Source: an uncultured Chloroflexia bacterium (GTDB lineage Bacteria > Chloroflexota > Dehalococcoidia > DSTF01 > JALHUB01). From it: a stretch of 64,000 bases of DNA. A program made the translations under genes and the position numbers. Shown here in pieces: positions 33,085 to 43,328 of the stretch (its first letter is position 1; each line of letters starts with the position of its first letter). The notes under the pieces were generated by a model. That model saw nothing but the letters and a program-made list of their open reading frames with translations. It made no database searches and had not been told where the DNA came from. The DNA is taken from contig OY969814.1 of assembly GCA_963703345.1 (NCBI GenBank), positions 1,088,001 to 1,152,000 on the forward strand, read 5' to 3'.

Positions 33085-33786
33085 TCACCCGCCGGGATTG
33101 ATCGTGTAAGGCTTCTCAATCATTGACGTGACGACTTGCATGGCATCTGCCCGCAGGTCCGCCGGCACGACGCTCGGGACTGGGCCTGTCAGCAGCCAGC
33201 CGAACTCGACCTGGAACCATGCTTGGCCGTCCTGCCATTCGCAGCGCAGGCGCGGGTTCATCTCCGGCGGCATCGCGGTCGGCAGCGGCGGCTGCGCCAC
33301 AACAACTCCCGGATCGGGAATAACGATGCGGCAGGTAACGGACGTTCCGCTGATATCGGACGTTTGGCAGTCCTTCGGATCGCATTGCTCTAGAGCGTGG
33401 TTCAGTTTCGGCTTGCTTTCATAGATTGCGATGGCGGGGGCGTTCGTTTCCGCGTTTGGAATCAGGAAGACGCGTGCCTCTGAGCCCGAAGCGCCTCCCG
33501 ACGCGGGCACGATGTCGTCACGCAGAAACTTCTGGTTAATGCCGTCGGGCAGGTATGTAGGCAATATAAGAGGCAGGTCGGCGCGGTCCGCCAACTCGGA
33601 AAGGGTTAACCAGAGCGATTTCTCAGTGTCCGACGGCGGGCCGCCGTCGTAGCGAAGCCATTTCGGTTGAGCTGTCGTCTCGCTGGCCACTGAGGCCTGC
33701 TTTGTCCCGGAGCCGCCGCACGCCGGCAGCGCCGCCAGCGACAAGACCGCCGCGACCGCAAACACCACGTAGACCCGAAGCCTCAT
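33085..33786 (-). CDS. Hypothetical lipoprotein
   Basis: Signal peptide with lipobox LPAC; LPTYLP motif. Confidence 0.65.
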   Translation of the reverse strand: MRLRVYVVFAVAAVLSLAALPACGGSGTKQASVASETTAQPKWLRYDGGPPSDTEKSLWLTLSELADRADLPLILPTYLPDGINQKFLRDDIVPASGGASGSEARVFLIPNAETNAPAIAIYESKPKLNHALEQCDPKDCQTSDISGTSVTCRIVIPDPGVVVAQPPLPTAMPPEMNPRLRCEWQDGQAWFQVEFGWLLTGPVPSVVPADLRADAMQVVTSMIEKPYTINPGG

Positions 33787-33936
33787 GCCGCCCTTTATCC
33801 TCGGCCGCGATCATAACACGACCGTCAAGTAACGGACAGCACCTGCGGGGGTTAATCGGAAGCTTTCTTCGTCGCCGAGAAACCGTGAAACAATTTGTCG
33901 CCGTTTTGAGCGACAATCAGAGAAGGAGCGGGATTC

Positions 33937-35409
33937 TTACGGGTAGCGGCTGGAGAAGAACTCCCACGCCAGCCGGGAAACCGACTGTCCCAGCGGTATG
34001 TCCTGGTATTCGACCGGCACGTCTTGAGTGTAGAACGAAATCGCATAGGCGCGCGGCCCGCCGCTGCTGTCAAACCTCACGATGCCGATGTCGTTGTCGA
34101 TCCAACCGCCGGGCATCCAGCTAAAGCCGTTCTTGTGCGAGACGACGCCGTCGCCCACCCCGGCGGGGATCAAGTACTGGAGGCCGGGCTTCACGCCCGT
34201 CATCTTCTGCAACAGGTAGTCGCGCCACTGCCAGTTCACAGCACCCCCGTGATAGAAGGCGGCAAGCCCCCGATTGGCGTCGTTTGCGGTGATGACGTTG
34301 AGCGCGCCCCGCAGCGAGAACTCATCTTCGTAGCCGGGTGGATGGTCGAAGAACGTGTTTCGCATGCCGAGCTTGGCGATGAGGTCGTTGACCTTCAACA
34401 GGCCGCCGGGCACCTCGCCGCCCGTCTTGATGAGGAGCTGGTGCGCCGTCACAGGGTTGCTGCCGTATATCGTCCGCGAAATCAAGTCGCCGACGTCGCT
34501 CTCCGGAAAGAGGCCGTTCTGAAGGTCCACGACGTTCGACAGCAGGACGAACCAGTTCACAGTGCAGCCGGCGTAGCGCGGAGTGTCGCCGTTGACGTCT
34601 ATCGACTCGCCCGTCTGCAGGTCAGTGACGGCGACCGCGGCATCGATGCCGGAATCGGCGACGGCAGCAGCGAGACGGTCGCGAAGCTGCAGGAGGTCTG
34701 GGGCGGCGGCGACGCTGAAGGGTGCGCTGGCCCCGCAGTTCACAGAGCCGAACGACCACGTCGGGCTTCCGTGCCAGCCGTCGGCCGCAATCGTGTTCAC
34801 CCGCCAGTAGTAGACAAGGCCGGGCGGCAGGGTGTCCCAGGTCAGGCTCGACTGACCGTTCGGCAACGGGCCTTTTCCAAGAAAGCTGCCGGGGGCAAAG
34901 CCGTTGTCGTAGATGCTGAGATCGAGCCACTGGCTGGCGCCGGGCAACAGGCTTGGCGACCAGGCAAAGGTGATGTCGACGTTTCCGGACGCGACGGCGC
35001 TGCAGGTTTGCGCTGTCGACTGGATGGGAAGGCTTTGCGAGCCGCACTGGCCGGAGACGAAGCTTCCGCTCTTGAGGGCATGCCAGCCGTCCGCGTAGAG
35101 GGCGTTGACCCGATAGAAGTACTGCGTGTTGGCGGCGACTCCCATCCACTTGTAGGACGTCACATTCGACGTGAAAGGCCCCGCGCCGGAGAAGGCGCCC
35201 GCATCCAACCCGGTCGCGTAGAGGGACAGGTCCACCCAGACTTCGCGGGCACCCGGAGCCGAGGGCCAGGCAAAGGTCACTTCCGTTGTGCCCGGACTAG
35301 CGGCGCTGCACGCCTGCTCCACGGGCGCCGGCCCGGTGTTCTGAGAGCCGGGCAGCGTGGTGCTGACGGCCCAGGCGACCACCAGAAAGCTGCAAAGGCG
35401 GTTTCTCAC
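33937..35409 (-). CDS. Secreted class A beta-lactamase-fold protein with two N-terminal Fn3-like repeats
   Basis: Signal peptide; duplicated TFAW...WxDLS...RVN...DGWH repeat; AVAVTDLQTG, HKNG, NDIGIV. Confidence 0.75.
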   Translation of the reverse strand: MRNRLCSFLVVAWAVSTTLPGSQNTGPAPVEQACSAASPGTTEVTFAWPSAPGAREVWVDLSLYATGLDAGAFSGAGPFTSNVTSYKWMGVAANTQYFYRVNALYADGWHALKSGSFVSGQCGSQSLPIQSTAQTCSAVASGNVDITFAWSPSLLPGASQWLDLSIYDNGFAPGSFLGKGPLPNGQSSLTWDTLPPGLVYYWRVNTIAADGWHGSPTWSFGSVNCGASAPFSVAAAPDLLQLRDRLAAAVADSGIDAAVAVTDLQTGESIDVNGDTPRYAGCTVNWFVLLSNVVDLQNGLFPESDVGDLISRTIYGSNPVTAHQLLIKTGGEVPGGLLKVNDLIAKLGMRNTFFDHPPGYEDEFSLRGALNVITANDANRGLAAFYHGGAVNWQWRDYLLQKMTGVKPGLQYLIPAGVGDGVVSHKNGFSWMPGGWIDNDIGIVRFDSSGGPRAYAISFYTQDVPVEYQDIPLGQSVSRLAWEFFSSRYP

Positions 35410-35513
35410 AGCGATCCCTCGCGTGCGTTCGTGTTAGCGCCGAAGCCGCCGGCCTTGCGGCGCTGACCTCCATTTTCCCGCATCGGACGCGCTCGATATA
35501 TGAGGGTTGCCCC

Positions 35514-36452
35514 TCACTTTTGCGAGCGGGCCTTGTCGGACGTTCGCCAGGAACCCAGCGCTTCGTCCATGAGCGAAAGCAGGTGCTCTTTCTCGTCCGG
35601 CAGGCGGTAGCCCTCCCAGTCCTGCCGGAATATCGGCACGTTGGCGACATGGTCGAAGCAGATGTTGCCGGTGATCTCCAGCCGCTGCACCAGCCGTCGC
35701 AGCTCGTCGAGCATGTCGAGCGGCGTCATCGGCGAGAACTTGCCGGCGACGCACTCCTCGTATAATGGCGTTCCCGGCGTCAGCATGAGCGGCCGGACCC
35801 GAATGTACGTGGGATCCGTAGCGTTCAGCACCGCGGCGGTATTGCGCGCGTGCTGCCCCGTCCTTTCCCAGCCGCCGAGACCTGGCATGACGTACTCCGA
35901 CAACTCGAAGCCGACCTCCATTGCCTTCCTGCCGGCGTCCGTCATCTCCCCCGACGTGGCGCCCTTCTTGACTTGAGTTAGCACCTCATCGTCGCCGCTC
36001 TCCAGCCCCATGTGCAGCCGGCTGAGGCCGGCATCGCGCAGCCGTTGCAAGTCCGACGCATCCTTCTTGAGCACCGTCTTGGCGCGGGCATAGGACGTGA
36101 TTCGTTCCAACGATGGAAAGCGCTCTCTGAGGTGCGAAATGACTTCGACGAGCGCGTCCGTCTTTACAATGACCGCGTTGGAGTCGGCGAGGAAGGCGGT
36201 GCGCGGCGCGACGGTATGCCCCTGGGCGCGCATCTCGTCGGCAGCGGCTGCCAGCGCGTCGATATCGCCCTTCACCTCCTCGACGGATCGCAGCATTCCC
36301 TTGCGCGGCAGGTCCTTGTACACGGCACAGAAGGTGCAGTAGTTCCAGGGACAGCCGCGCATGACGCGGATAAGCAGCGAGCGCGCCTCGCTGGGAGGCC
36401 GTATCGGCGGCAGTTCGTAGGTCAGAGTCCGCTGGTCTGAAGCTTCAGTCAT
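35514..36452 (-). CDS. Radical SAM protein
   Basis: IRPPSEA, GCPWNYCTFC, GLESGDD. Confidence 0.9.
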   Translation of the reverse strand: MTEASDQRTLTYELPPIRPPSEARSLLIRVMRGCPWNYCTFCAVYKDLPRKGMLRSVEEVKGDIDALAAAADEMRAQGHTVAPRTAFLADSNAVIVKTDALVEVISHLRERFPSLERITSYARAKTVLKKDASDLQRLRDAGLSRLHMGLESGDDEVLTQVKKGATSGEMTDAGRKAMEVGFELSEYVMPGLGGWERTGQHARNTAAVLNATDPTYIRVRPLMLTPGTPLYEECVAGKFSPMTPLDMLDELRRLVQRLEITGNICFDHVANVPIFRQDWEGYRLPDEKEHLLSLMDEALGSWRTSDKARSQK

Positions 36453-36765
36453 TCTGCTGCCACTAGCTCAATTATCACTCTACCAAGCTATGTCGCCAAT
36501 ACTCGTTGCCTGGCGGTCAACGGGCCGCCGTCTCTACGCATATAGTAACCGTCGCCGCCGTCGTTGAGCCTGACGCTTCGGCAACGGAAACCTGACGGCT
36601 TGTCTACGGCTTGCCGTTTCGGACCCGCTGCGGATCGTTTCCCACTTCTTGACCCCGATCAGGCGAGCGATTATCGTTGGCCCATCCGAACGACGATCGA
36701 GTCCACGGAAGACCCTTCCGTGGACTCCTCGCCCCCTCGCTTTCACCGACCAGAGGAGACTGAAG

Positions 36766-38208
36766 ATGGCAATCCGAACCGCAGACGAGTACAGGCAGAG
36801 CCTCCGCGACGGACGAAGCGTATACATGTTCGGCGAGAAGGTGGAGGACGTAACCACTCATCCCATTCTCAAGATAGGCACCGATACCGCCGCTGGCGAC
36901 TTCGTGCTCACCGAATCCAAAGACCAGGCCGTGCGCGATCTCTTCATCGCCGAGCACCCCGAGACCGGCGAGCCGATAAGCCGCTACTTCACGACGCCGA
37001 AGACACCCCAGGACATCGACTTGCGCATGCAGATGATCCAGAAGTCGATCCGGCTCACCGGCGGGCTGCCCTTCGGCAAGGACATCGGCACCGACTGCCT
37101 GAACGCCATCATGGCTACCGCCGAGCAGATGGGAAAGCTGGAGTACAAAGAGCGGGCCCGCTCCTACCTGGAGCACCTGCGACAGAACGACCTCATGCTC
37201 TGCGGCGCCGTCACCGACGTCAAGGGCGACCGCAGCAAGGTGCCCTCGGCGCAGATCCACCCCGACTACTACGTGCGCGTCGTCGACCAGAACAAGGACG
37301 GCATCATCGTCAAGGGCGCCAAGATCCACATCACCGGCGCGCCCGCCGCGAACGAGCTCCTCGTCGTGCCGACGCGCCAGATGCGGCAGAACGAGGCGGA
37401 GTACGCCGTCTCCTTCGCCGTTCCCGTCGCGACGAAGGGCATCCACCTCATCTGCCGGCCCGGCCACGGCGACGTCTCGCCGGCGGAGTTCCCTTCGAAC
37501 CGGCCAAACCGCGGTCTTATCGAGGCGATGATCGTTTTCGACAACGTTTTCGTCCCCTGGGACCGCGTCTTCCTCTGCGGCGAGTGGCAGTTCTCGATGC
37601 TGCTTGCCTACACCTTTGCCACCTACCACCGCTTCACGGCGGTCTCCTACAAGATACCTGCGGTCGAGGTGATGGCGGGCATCGCGGTCGCTATGGCGGA
37701 GGTGAATGGGCTCGACAAGGTGGGCCACATCCGCGGCAAGCTGTCGGAGGTCATCGCCTACGTCGAGACGCTAAAAGCGCTGGGGACGGCGGCCATCAAG
37801 TCGCCCGTCTATTACGGCGAGATCTGCGTCCCCAACCCGCTCGTCACCAACATGGCGAAACTGCACTTCGCCAAGAACTTCCACGAGATCGTGAAGACGG
37901 TCCAGGACATCGCCGGCGGCATCATCACCACCATGCCGACCTATCTCGACTGGCAGAACCCGGACATTCACGACTACCTGGACCACTACCTTGGCGCTTC
38001 GCCTAAGTACTCGACCGAGGAGCGCATGCGGATGCTGCAGCTCACCCACAACGTCTTCGCCTCCGCCGACAGCGCTCACCACGAAGTGACCACTGTCCAT
38101 GCGGAAGGCTCGATGGAAGCGCAGCGAATGATGATCCTCGTCGAGTCGCCGCTGAAGTACTATCGCGACCTCGTTCTGGAGATGGCCGGCATCCAGCCGA
38201 AAGACTGA
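36766..38208 (+). CDS. 4-hydroxyphenylacetate 3-hydroxylase / 4-hydroxybutyryl-CoA dehydratase family flavoprotein
   Basis: TDVKGDRS, VKGAKIH, FDNVFVPWDRVFLCGE, HAEGS; GAGGAG ribosome-binding site. Confidence 0.88.
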   Translation: MAIRTADEYRQSLRDGRSVYMFGEKVEDVTTHPILKIGTDTAAGDFVLTESKDQAVRDLFIAEHPETGEPISRYFTTPKTPQDIDLRMQMIQKSIRLTGGLPFGKDIGTDCLNAIMATAEQMGKLEYKERARSYLEHLRQNDLMLCGAVTDVKGDRSKVPSAQIHPDYYVRVVDQNKDGIIVKGAKIHITGAPAANELLVVPTRQMRQNEAEYAVSFAVPVATKGIHLICRPGHGDVSPAEFPSNRPNRGLIEAMIVFDNVFVPWDRVFLCGEWQFSMLLAYTFATYHRFTAVSYKIPAVEVMAGIAVAMAEVNGLDKVGHIRGKLSEVIAYVETLKALGTAAIKSPVYYGEICVPNPLVTNMAKLHFAKNFHEIVKTVQDIAGGIITTMPTYLDWQNPDIHDYLDHYLGASPKYSTEERMRMLQLTHNVFASADSAHHEVTTVHAEGSMEAQRMMILVESPLKYYRDLVLEMAGIQPKD

Positions 38209-38275
38209 CCCCGATCGGGCGTCGCCAGAGCGCGCCAGCGCCGCCGGGGAAACGCCCGGCGCAAGGAGGACCACG

Positions 38276-39268
38276 ATGGCCATGGCCTCGACAATGGACA
38301 AGACGGCGATAGGCGAGCCGACGGTTGAGACGTTCAACGGCCCAATCAGCACGGCAGACCTCGGCTTCACCCTCATGCACGAGCACATCATCGGGCAGTC
38401 GGAGGGCGTCGCGAAGAACTTCCCGCAGATCTGGGACGAGCAGGCGGAGCTGGCCAAGGCCGTCGAAGCGCTCACGGCGCTCAAAGCCCGCGGCGTCGAT
38501 ACGATCGTCGATGCCACGGTCCTGGGAGTCGGCCGCGACGTGCCGCGACTGCTGCCCGTCGTCAAGGAAGCGGGCATTCAGGTCATCGCCGCAACCGGCC
38601 TCTATTACTTCAACGACCTGCCGATCTTCTTCCAGTTCCGGGACGTGGACGCCATCGCGGACCTCCTCGTCGGCGACATCACAAACGGCATCCAGGGGAC
38701 GGACGTCAAGGCCGCGATTCTCAAGTGCGCTACCGACGAGGCCGGCGTCACTCCCGGCGTTGGAAAGGCGCTGAAGGCGGTGGCGCGGGCGCACCTTCGC
38801 ACCGGCGTTCCCATCACCACTCACACGCACGCCCCCACGCGACGTGGCCTGGAGCAGCAGGAGCTATTCGCGGCCGAGGGCGTCGACCTGGGGCGCGTCA
38901 TCATCGGCCACAGCGGCGACAGCGAGGATCTCGACTACCTGACGAAGCTCCTGGACCGCGGCTCCTACCTGGGAATGGACCGCTTCGGCATCGATTTCTT
39001 CCTGCCCGACGACAAGCGCATCGCCACCGTTGTCAAGCTGTGCAAGATGGGCTACGCCGAGCGAATGGTCCTCTCCCATGACGCGATGGTGCACTTCGAC
39101 GGCTACCAGCCCGAGTTGCTTATGCGGTTCTTGCCCAACTGGAACTACTTCCACATCGTCGACCACATTATCCCGGCGCTGCTGGAGGCGGGCGTCAGCC
39201 AGGCGCAGATCGATACGATGACGCGCGAGAACCCTCGGCGCATCTTCGAGAACCAGGCCGCATACTAG
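38276..39268 (+). CDS. Phosphotriesterase-like lactonase
   Basis: TLMHEH, ILKCA, ITTHT, IGHSGD, LSHD. Confidence 0.9.
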   Translation: MAMASTMDKTAIGEPTVETFNGPISTADLGFTLMHEHIIGQSEGVAKNFPQIWDEQAELAKAVEALTALKARGVDTIVDATVLGVGRDVPRLLPVVKEAGIQVIAATGLYYFNDLPIFFQFRDVDAIADLLVGDITNGIQGTDVKAAILKCATDEAGVTPGVGKALKAVARAHLRTGVPITTHTHAPTRRGLEQQELFAAEGVDLGRVIIGHSGDSEDLDYLTKLLDRGSYLGMDRFGIDFFLPDDKRIATVVKLCKMGYAERMVLSHDAMVHFDGYQPELLMRFLPNWNYFHIVDHIIPALLEAGVSQAQIDTMTRENPRRIFENQAAY

Positions 39269-39505
39269 GCCGCTGGCGCTTCAAGACGGTCCCCAGCTAA
39301 GCTAATCCCCTCTTGACATAACTATGCACTCTGTTTCGTCGGCTAATCGCACGAATAGCCGTGAGCCCCGACGCCGGCCTCCAAGCCCTTGTTTCTTTGC
39401 CCAAGGCCCGTGCTAGACTTGATTTGACGATGCGCGGTGGACCCCAAGAGGAGCGGGCTCGCCGTCGGCCCCGACAAACCCGCCTGGTTCGGGAGATACG
39501 CCACT

Positions 39506-40576
39506 ATGACCACCAGCGACGCGTACGAGGCGCTGGCAGGGAGGCTTGGCTTCCCCGGCTCCGCCTTGCTCCGCTCCATCCTCGAATCGCTCATGACGCC
39601 TGAGCAGGCGGCGCTCGTCGAAGCGCTGCCCGGCTCCGTGGAAGAGGTCGCGCAGAAAGCGGGCGTCTCCGAGGAGGAAGCGCGGCGGCAACTCGACGCC
39701 CTCTACTACGCCGGCGTCGTCTTCCCCCGCGGCGGCTTCGACAAGCGCGACTACTATCGATTCGCCCGCCACATCATCCAGCTCCACGACGCCACGCTCG
39801 GCAACCAGAACATGGATGTCGAGAAGGACAGGGCCTTCTTCAAGAAATGGCAGGACTTCTGCACCGAGGAGATGTTCGTTCGGCTCGGCGCCATGTTCCG
39901 CATCGTCCCCGGCCGCATCAGCCGCGTCGTTCCCGCGCGCAAGGCGCTTGAAGGGCTGCCCGACGTTCTGCCCTGCGAGGACTATTACGAGATCCTGAAG
40001 GCGCAGGATGTCATCGCGGTCGTTCCCTGCTCCTGTCGCCTGCGCACCAGCGCCGCCGGCGAGGTCTGCGCTCACACCGTCGAGACGGAGACCTCGCACT
40101 GCCTCCAGTTCGGTCGCGGCGCGGAGTACGTGATTCACCGCGGCACCGGGCGCCCGTTGACCGTCGACCAGGCAATCGCCCTCTGCGACGAGATCGAAGA
40201 GGACGGCCTCGTCCACCGCTGGGCGAACAAGGCGGAGATGCTGGACGTCAACACCAGTTGCAACTGCTGTCGCGACTGCTGCGAAGAGTGGGTCTCGCTG
40301 GACGTGACCGACATGCCCGTCGCCGACTGGTGGGAGAAGAGCCGCTACGAAGCCTACGTCGACGACCTCGAGTCGTGCAGCGGCTGCCAGGACTGCCTCG
40401 AGCGCTGCCAATTCGACGCCATTACCATGTACCGCGACGAGAACCACGACCTGAAAGCCGCCATCGAGGCGACGAAGTGCTTTGGCTGCGGCGCCTGCGT
40501 CGTCGGCTGCCCCTACGGCTCGCTCAAGCTCCGTGCCGTCCGTCCGCCGGAGTTCATACCCGGCGCTGTCGACTGA
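39506..40576 (+). CDS. 4Fe-4S ferredoxin-domain protein with N-terminal HTH-like region
   Basis: CSCR, CNCCRDCC, CSGCQDCLERC, CFGCGACVVGCP. Confidence 0.85.
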   Translation: MTTSDAYEALAGRLGFPGSALLRSILESLMTPEQAALVEALPGSVEEVAQKAGVSEEEARRQLDALYYAGVVFPRGGFDKRDYYRFARHIIQLHDATLGNQNMDVEKDRAFFKKWQDFCTEEMFVRLGAMFRIVPGRISRVVPARKALEGLPDVLPCEDYYEILKAQDVIAVVPCSCRLRTSAAGEVCAHTVETETSHCLQFGRGAEYVIHRGTGRPLTVDQAIALCDEIEEDGLVHRWANKAEMLDVNTSCNCCRDCCEEWVSLDVTDMPVADWWEKSRYEAYVDDLESCSGCQDCLERCQFDAITMYRDENHDLKAAIEATKCFGCGACVVGCPYGSLKLRAVRPPEFIPGAVD

Positions 40577-40608
40577 CCCGTGTCTCGGGAACCGGCCAAG
40601 GAGGGACC

Positions 40609-41157
40609 ATGGCCCGCATAAGCTATGCAACTACCTCGCAGGCGAAAGGCGACGCTCACGACGTCCTGACGCAGATGCAGCAGCGCCGGCGCGACGTTCT
40701 TAACATCCACCGCGCCATTGCCCGGAGCCCCAACTCACTGCGCAACTTCCTGCGCCTGGGCAACTCCCTTCTCGTCCACGGCCAGTTGCCGCCCAACCTG
40801 CGAGAGCTCGCCATCCTGCGGATCGCCCAGGTTAGCGGCGCTGATTACGAGTGGGCGCACCATGTGCCGCTCGCGAAGCAGGCGGGCGTCAGCGCGGCGC
40901 AGATAGAAGGGCTTTCCGCTTGGCGGGACAATGCCGAGTTCGACGGCCTTGGGCGCGCCGTCCTTGCCTACGCCGAAGCCGTCGTCACCAGCCGCGACGT
41001 GCCGGACGACGTGTTCGAGGCGGTCCGCAGCCTCCTCGGCGAGGACGATGTCGTCGAGCTGACGCTGGTATGCGGCTACTGGAACATGGTCGCCTGCCTG
41101 CTGCTCGCCCTGAAGATCGATCTCGAACCGGCCTCCCGGAAGTACCTGCCGGAGTAG
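40609..41157 (+). CDS. Carboxymuconolactone decarboxylase/AhpD family protein
   Basis: RELAILR, YEWAHH. Confidence 0.85.
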   Translation: MARISYATTSQAKGDAHDVLTQMQQRRRDVLNIHRAIARSPNSLRNFLRLGNSLLVHGQLPPNLRELAILRIAQVSGADYEWAHHVPLAKQAGVSAAQIEGLSAWRDNAEFDGLGRAVLAYAEAVVTSRDVPDDVFEAVRSLLGEDDVVELTLVCGYWNMVACLLLALKIDLEPASRKYLPE

Positions 41158-41342
41158 CCTCAGCTTACAAATCGCTCCCCGAAAGGCGGCATCAGCGCCA
41201 TTCGGTCCGCCTGCCAATCTTCATCGTTCCTTCACAGCGCATGGCCGGCCGATCACACAGGCAGCACAGCTTTCGGTTATCAAGAGATAGAAGCTTGCTC
41301 GTGCGATACTGCGAGTGTGTCCGAAGAAAGGAGTCCCCAGGG

Positions 41343-42503
41343 ATGAAAGTTCCCGCGTCATGGAGGAATTATCTCTTCTTCTCGCTGCCGGCGGCGATGG
41401 GCCTGGGCTTGATTGCGCTCGTAGCGGTTGCCTGCTCCTCCGGCTCGTCGAATGCGCAGACCACCGGCACGGCCGCTCCGCTCGCCGCGACGTCCACCCC
41501 GCGCCCGGTCGCAAGCGCGCCCGCCGGCAACGAGGGGTCTATTCCGGCTGTTTATGCCGAAGTCAGCCCCGCCGTAGTGCAAATCACCGGCATCTCGACC
41601 TCCGGCGGGCAGCAGTTGGAAACGCTCGGGTCCGGCATCATACTCGACTCCAACGGTGACGTTCTGACGAACTTCCACGTCGTGGAAGGCTCAAGCCAGC
41701 TTGCCATCACCCTGTCCGACCAGGCGGCAGTAGACGCGGAGGTGGTCGGAAGCGACCCGGCCGACGACCTCGCGGTGGTCAAGGGCAACTTCTCCGGCAT
41801 CAGCCTGACCACAGCGACGCTGGGCGACTCGAATTCGGTTCACGTCGGTGAGTCGGTCGTCGCCATCGGCAACCCCTTCGGCCTGTTGCTGACTGTCACG
41901 GAAGGCATAATCAGCGCCGACGACAGAACTCTGGCAACGCAGCAGAGCAAGCCGCTGGTGGACCTCTTTCAGACGGACGCCGCCATTAACCCGGGCAACT
42001 CCGGCGGCCCGCTCGTGGACCTGAACGGCAACGTCATCGGGATCAATACCGCGATTGAGAACCCAAGCGGCCAGAACGTCAACGTCGGCGTCGGCTACGC
42101 GATCCCCATTCAGAATGCCAAGGACCATCTTCCCGACATGCTCGCCGGCAAGACGATCGTTCACCCGCGCCTGGGCGCGGGCACAATCACCGTCACGCAG
42201 AACGTGGCGAAGACGCTTGGGCTGTCGGTGAACCAGGGGGCGTACGTAGTGGCCGTCGACCCGGGAGGGCCGGCTGACAAGGCCGGTCTCAAGGCCGCCG
42301 GCACGGGGCCCAATCCCCTGCTGACACCGAAAGGCGGAGACGTGATCGTCGGCGCGGACAGTCAGCAGATAAGCACGGACGACGACCTGATCAACTACGT
42401 GGACCACAACAAGGCGCCCGGCGACAACATTACGCTGCACGTCGTGCGCGGGAGCGACCACATCGACCTGACGGCGACGCTCGCCGCCTGGCCGAACCCA
42501 TAG
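41343..42503 (+). CDS. HtrA/DegP-like serine protease with PDZ domain (lipoprotein)
   Basis: LTNFHVV, DLAVV, QTDAAINPGNSGGPL; lipobox AVAC. Confidence 0.93.
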   Translation: MKVPASWRNYLFFSLPAAMGLGLIALVAVACSSGSSNAQTTGTAAPLAATSTPRPVASAPAGNEGSIPAVYAEVSPAVVQITGISTSGGQQLETLGSGIILDSNGDVLTNFHVVEGSSQLAITLSDQAAVDAEVVGSDPADDLAVVKGNFSGISLTTATLGDSNSVHVGESVVAIGNPFGLLLTVTEGIISADDRTLATQQSKPLVDLFQTDAAINPGNSGGPLVDLNGNVIGINTAIENPSGQNVNVGVGYAIPIQNAKDHLPDMLAGKTIVHPRLGAGTITVTQNVAKTLGLSVNQGAYVVAVDPGGPADKAGLKAAGTGPNPLLTPKGGDVIVGADSQQISTDDDLINYVDHNKAPGDNITLHVVRGSDHIDLTATLAAWPNP

Positions 42504-42543
42504 CGTTGCTGTTGGAGCGAGAGCTTACCATGAGGAGGGAGTC

Positions 42544-43158
42544 ATGAACCGTACCTTTCTTCGGACTCGCAGATTCCTGGCGATTGCAGCCGTGGCCGCA
42601 ATCGCGACGGCGGTCGTCGCGACGGGCTGCGGCGGCGGGACCAGCAGCGCCGACAAAACGGCGACGGCGTCGGCGAAGACGGCCGCGACCGCCACCAAGG
42701 CGCCGAGCGCCGCTACTGCCACGAAGCCGCCGACCACCGCGACGACCGCGCCCGCAGCGTCCGCAACTGCTTCGGCGGCCGGCACTTCTACTCCTGCCAC
42801 GACCGGCACGGCAAGCGCCGCCACGCCAACCGTCAAGATCGGTCAAGTGACGTCCCTCGGCAGCGTCCTCACCGATCCCAGCGGCAAGACTCTATACACG
42901 TACAAGGACGACGTTCCGAACAGCGGCCAGAGCTCCGTCCCGGCAGCGATAGCCCCGAACTGGCCGCCACTTCTAGTGACGGGCTCGGTCGTCCCGCCAT
43001 CGGGGTTGTCCGGGCAACTCGGCAGCTTCAGCCGCCCCGACGGTTCGATGCAGGTGATGTACAAGGGGATGCCGCTTTACACGTTCGTAGGCGACATCGC
43101 GTCGGGACAGGCGAAAGGCCAGGGGCTGCTGAACCTCTGGTTCGCGGCGACTCCGTAG
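42544..43158 (+). CDS. Secreted-repeat lipoprotein (COG4315-like) with Thr/Ala linker
   Basis: Lipobox ATGC; GKTLYTYKDD, WPP, YKGMPLYTFVGD. Confidence 0.8.
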   Translation: MNRTFLRTRRFLAIAAVAAIATAVVATGCGGGTSSADKTATASAKTAATATKAPSAATATKPPTTATTAPAASATASAAGTSTPATTGTASAATPTVKIGQVTSLGSVLTDPSGKTLYTYKDDVPNSGQSSVPAAIAPNWPPLLVTGSVVPPSGLSGQLGSFSRPDGSMQVMYKGMPLYTFVGDIASGQAKGQGLLNLWFAATP

Positions 43159-43328
43159 CAATCGGGGGCGCGGCCGGGCAGCTTCCCCGCCTGGAGCCTG
43201 CTCTGCCGCGCCTCTTTCCCTCGGCCACCGCTCCGGAGGGGTTGAGATAGCGCCGCCTTGCTGCTACGTTGGTGCTGCCACGACGATAGGACACGCGCCT
43301 ATCGCACCACGAGCAACAGGAGGTTGCA

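Noticed and set aside
39420-39495. ZMP/ZTP riboswitch-like words (GGTGGA...GGAGCG...CGCCTGG)
   Set aside because: The 5' GACTGGCG pseudoknot partner is missing and the downstream gene is not purine- or folate-related. An Rfam scan would settle it.
42600-42835. Repetitive GCG/ACG-rich DNA
   Set aside because: It encodes the Thr/Ala low-complexity linker of a lipoprotein and is not an independent repeat element.
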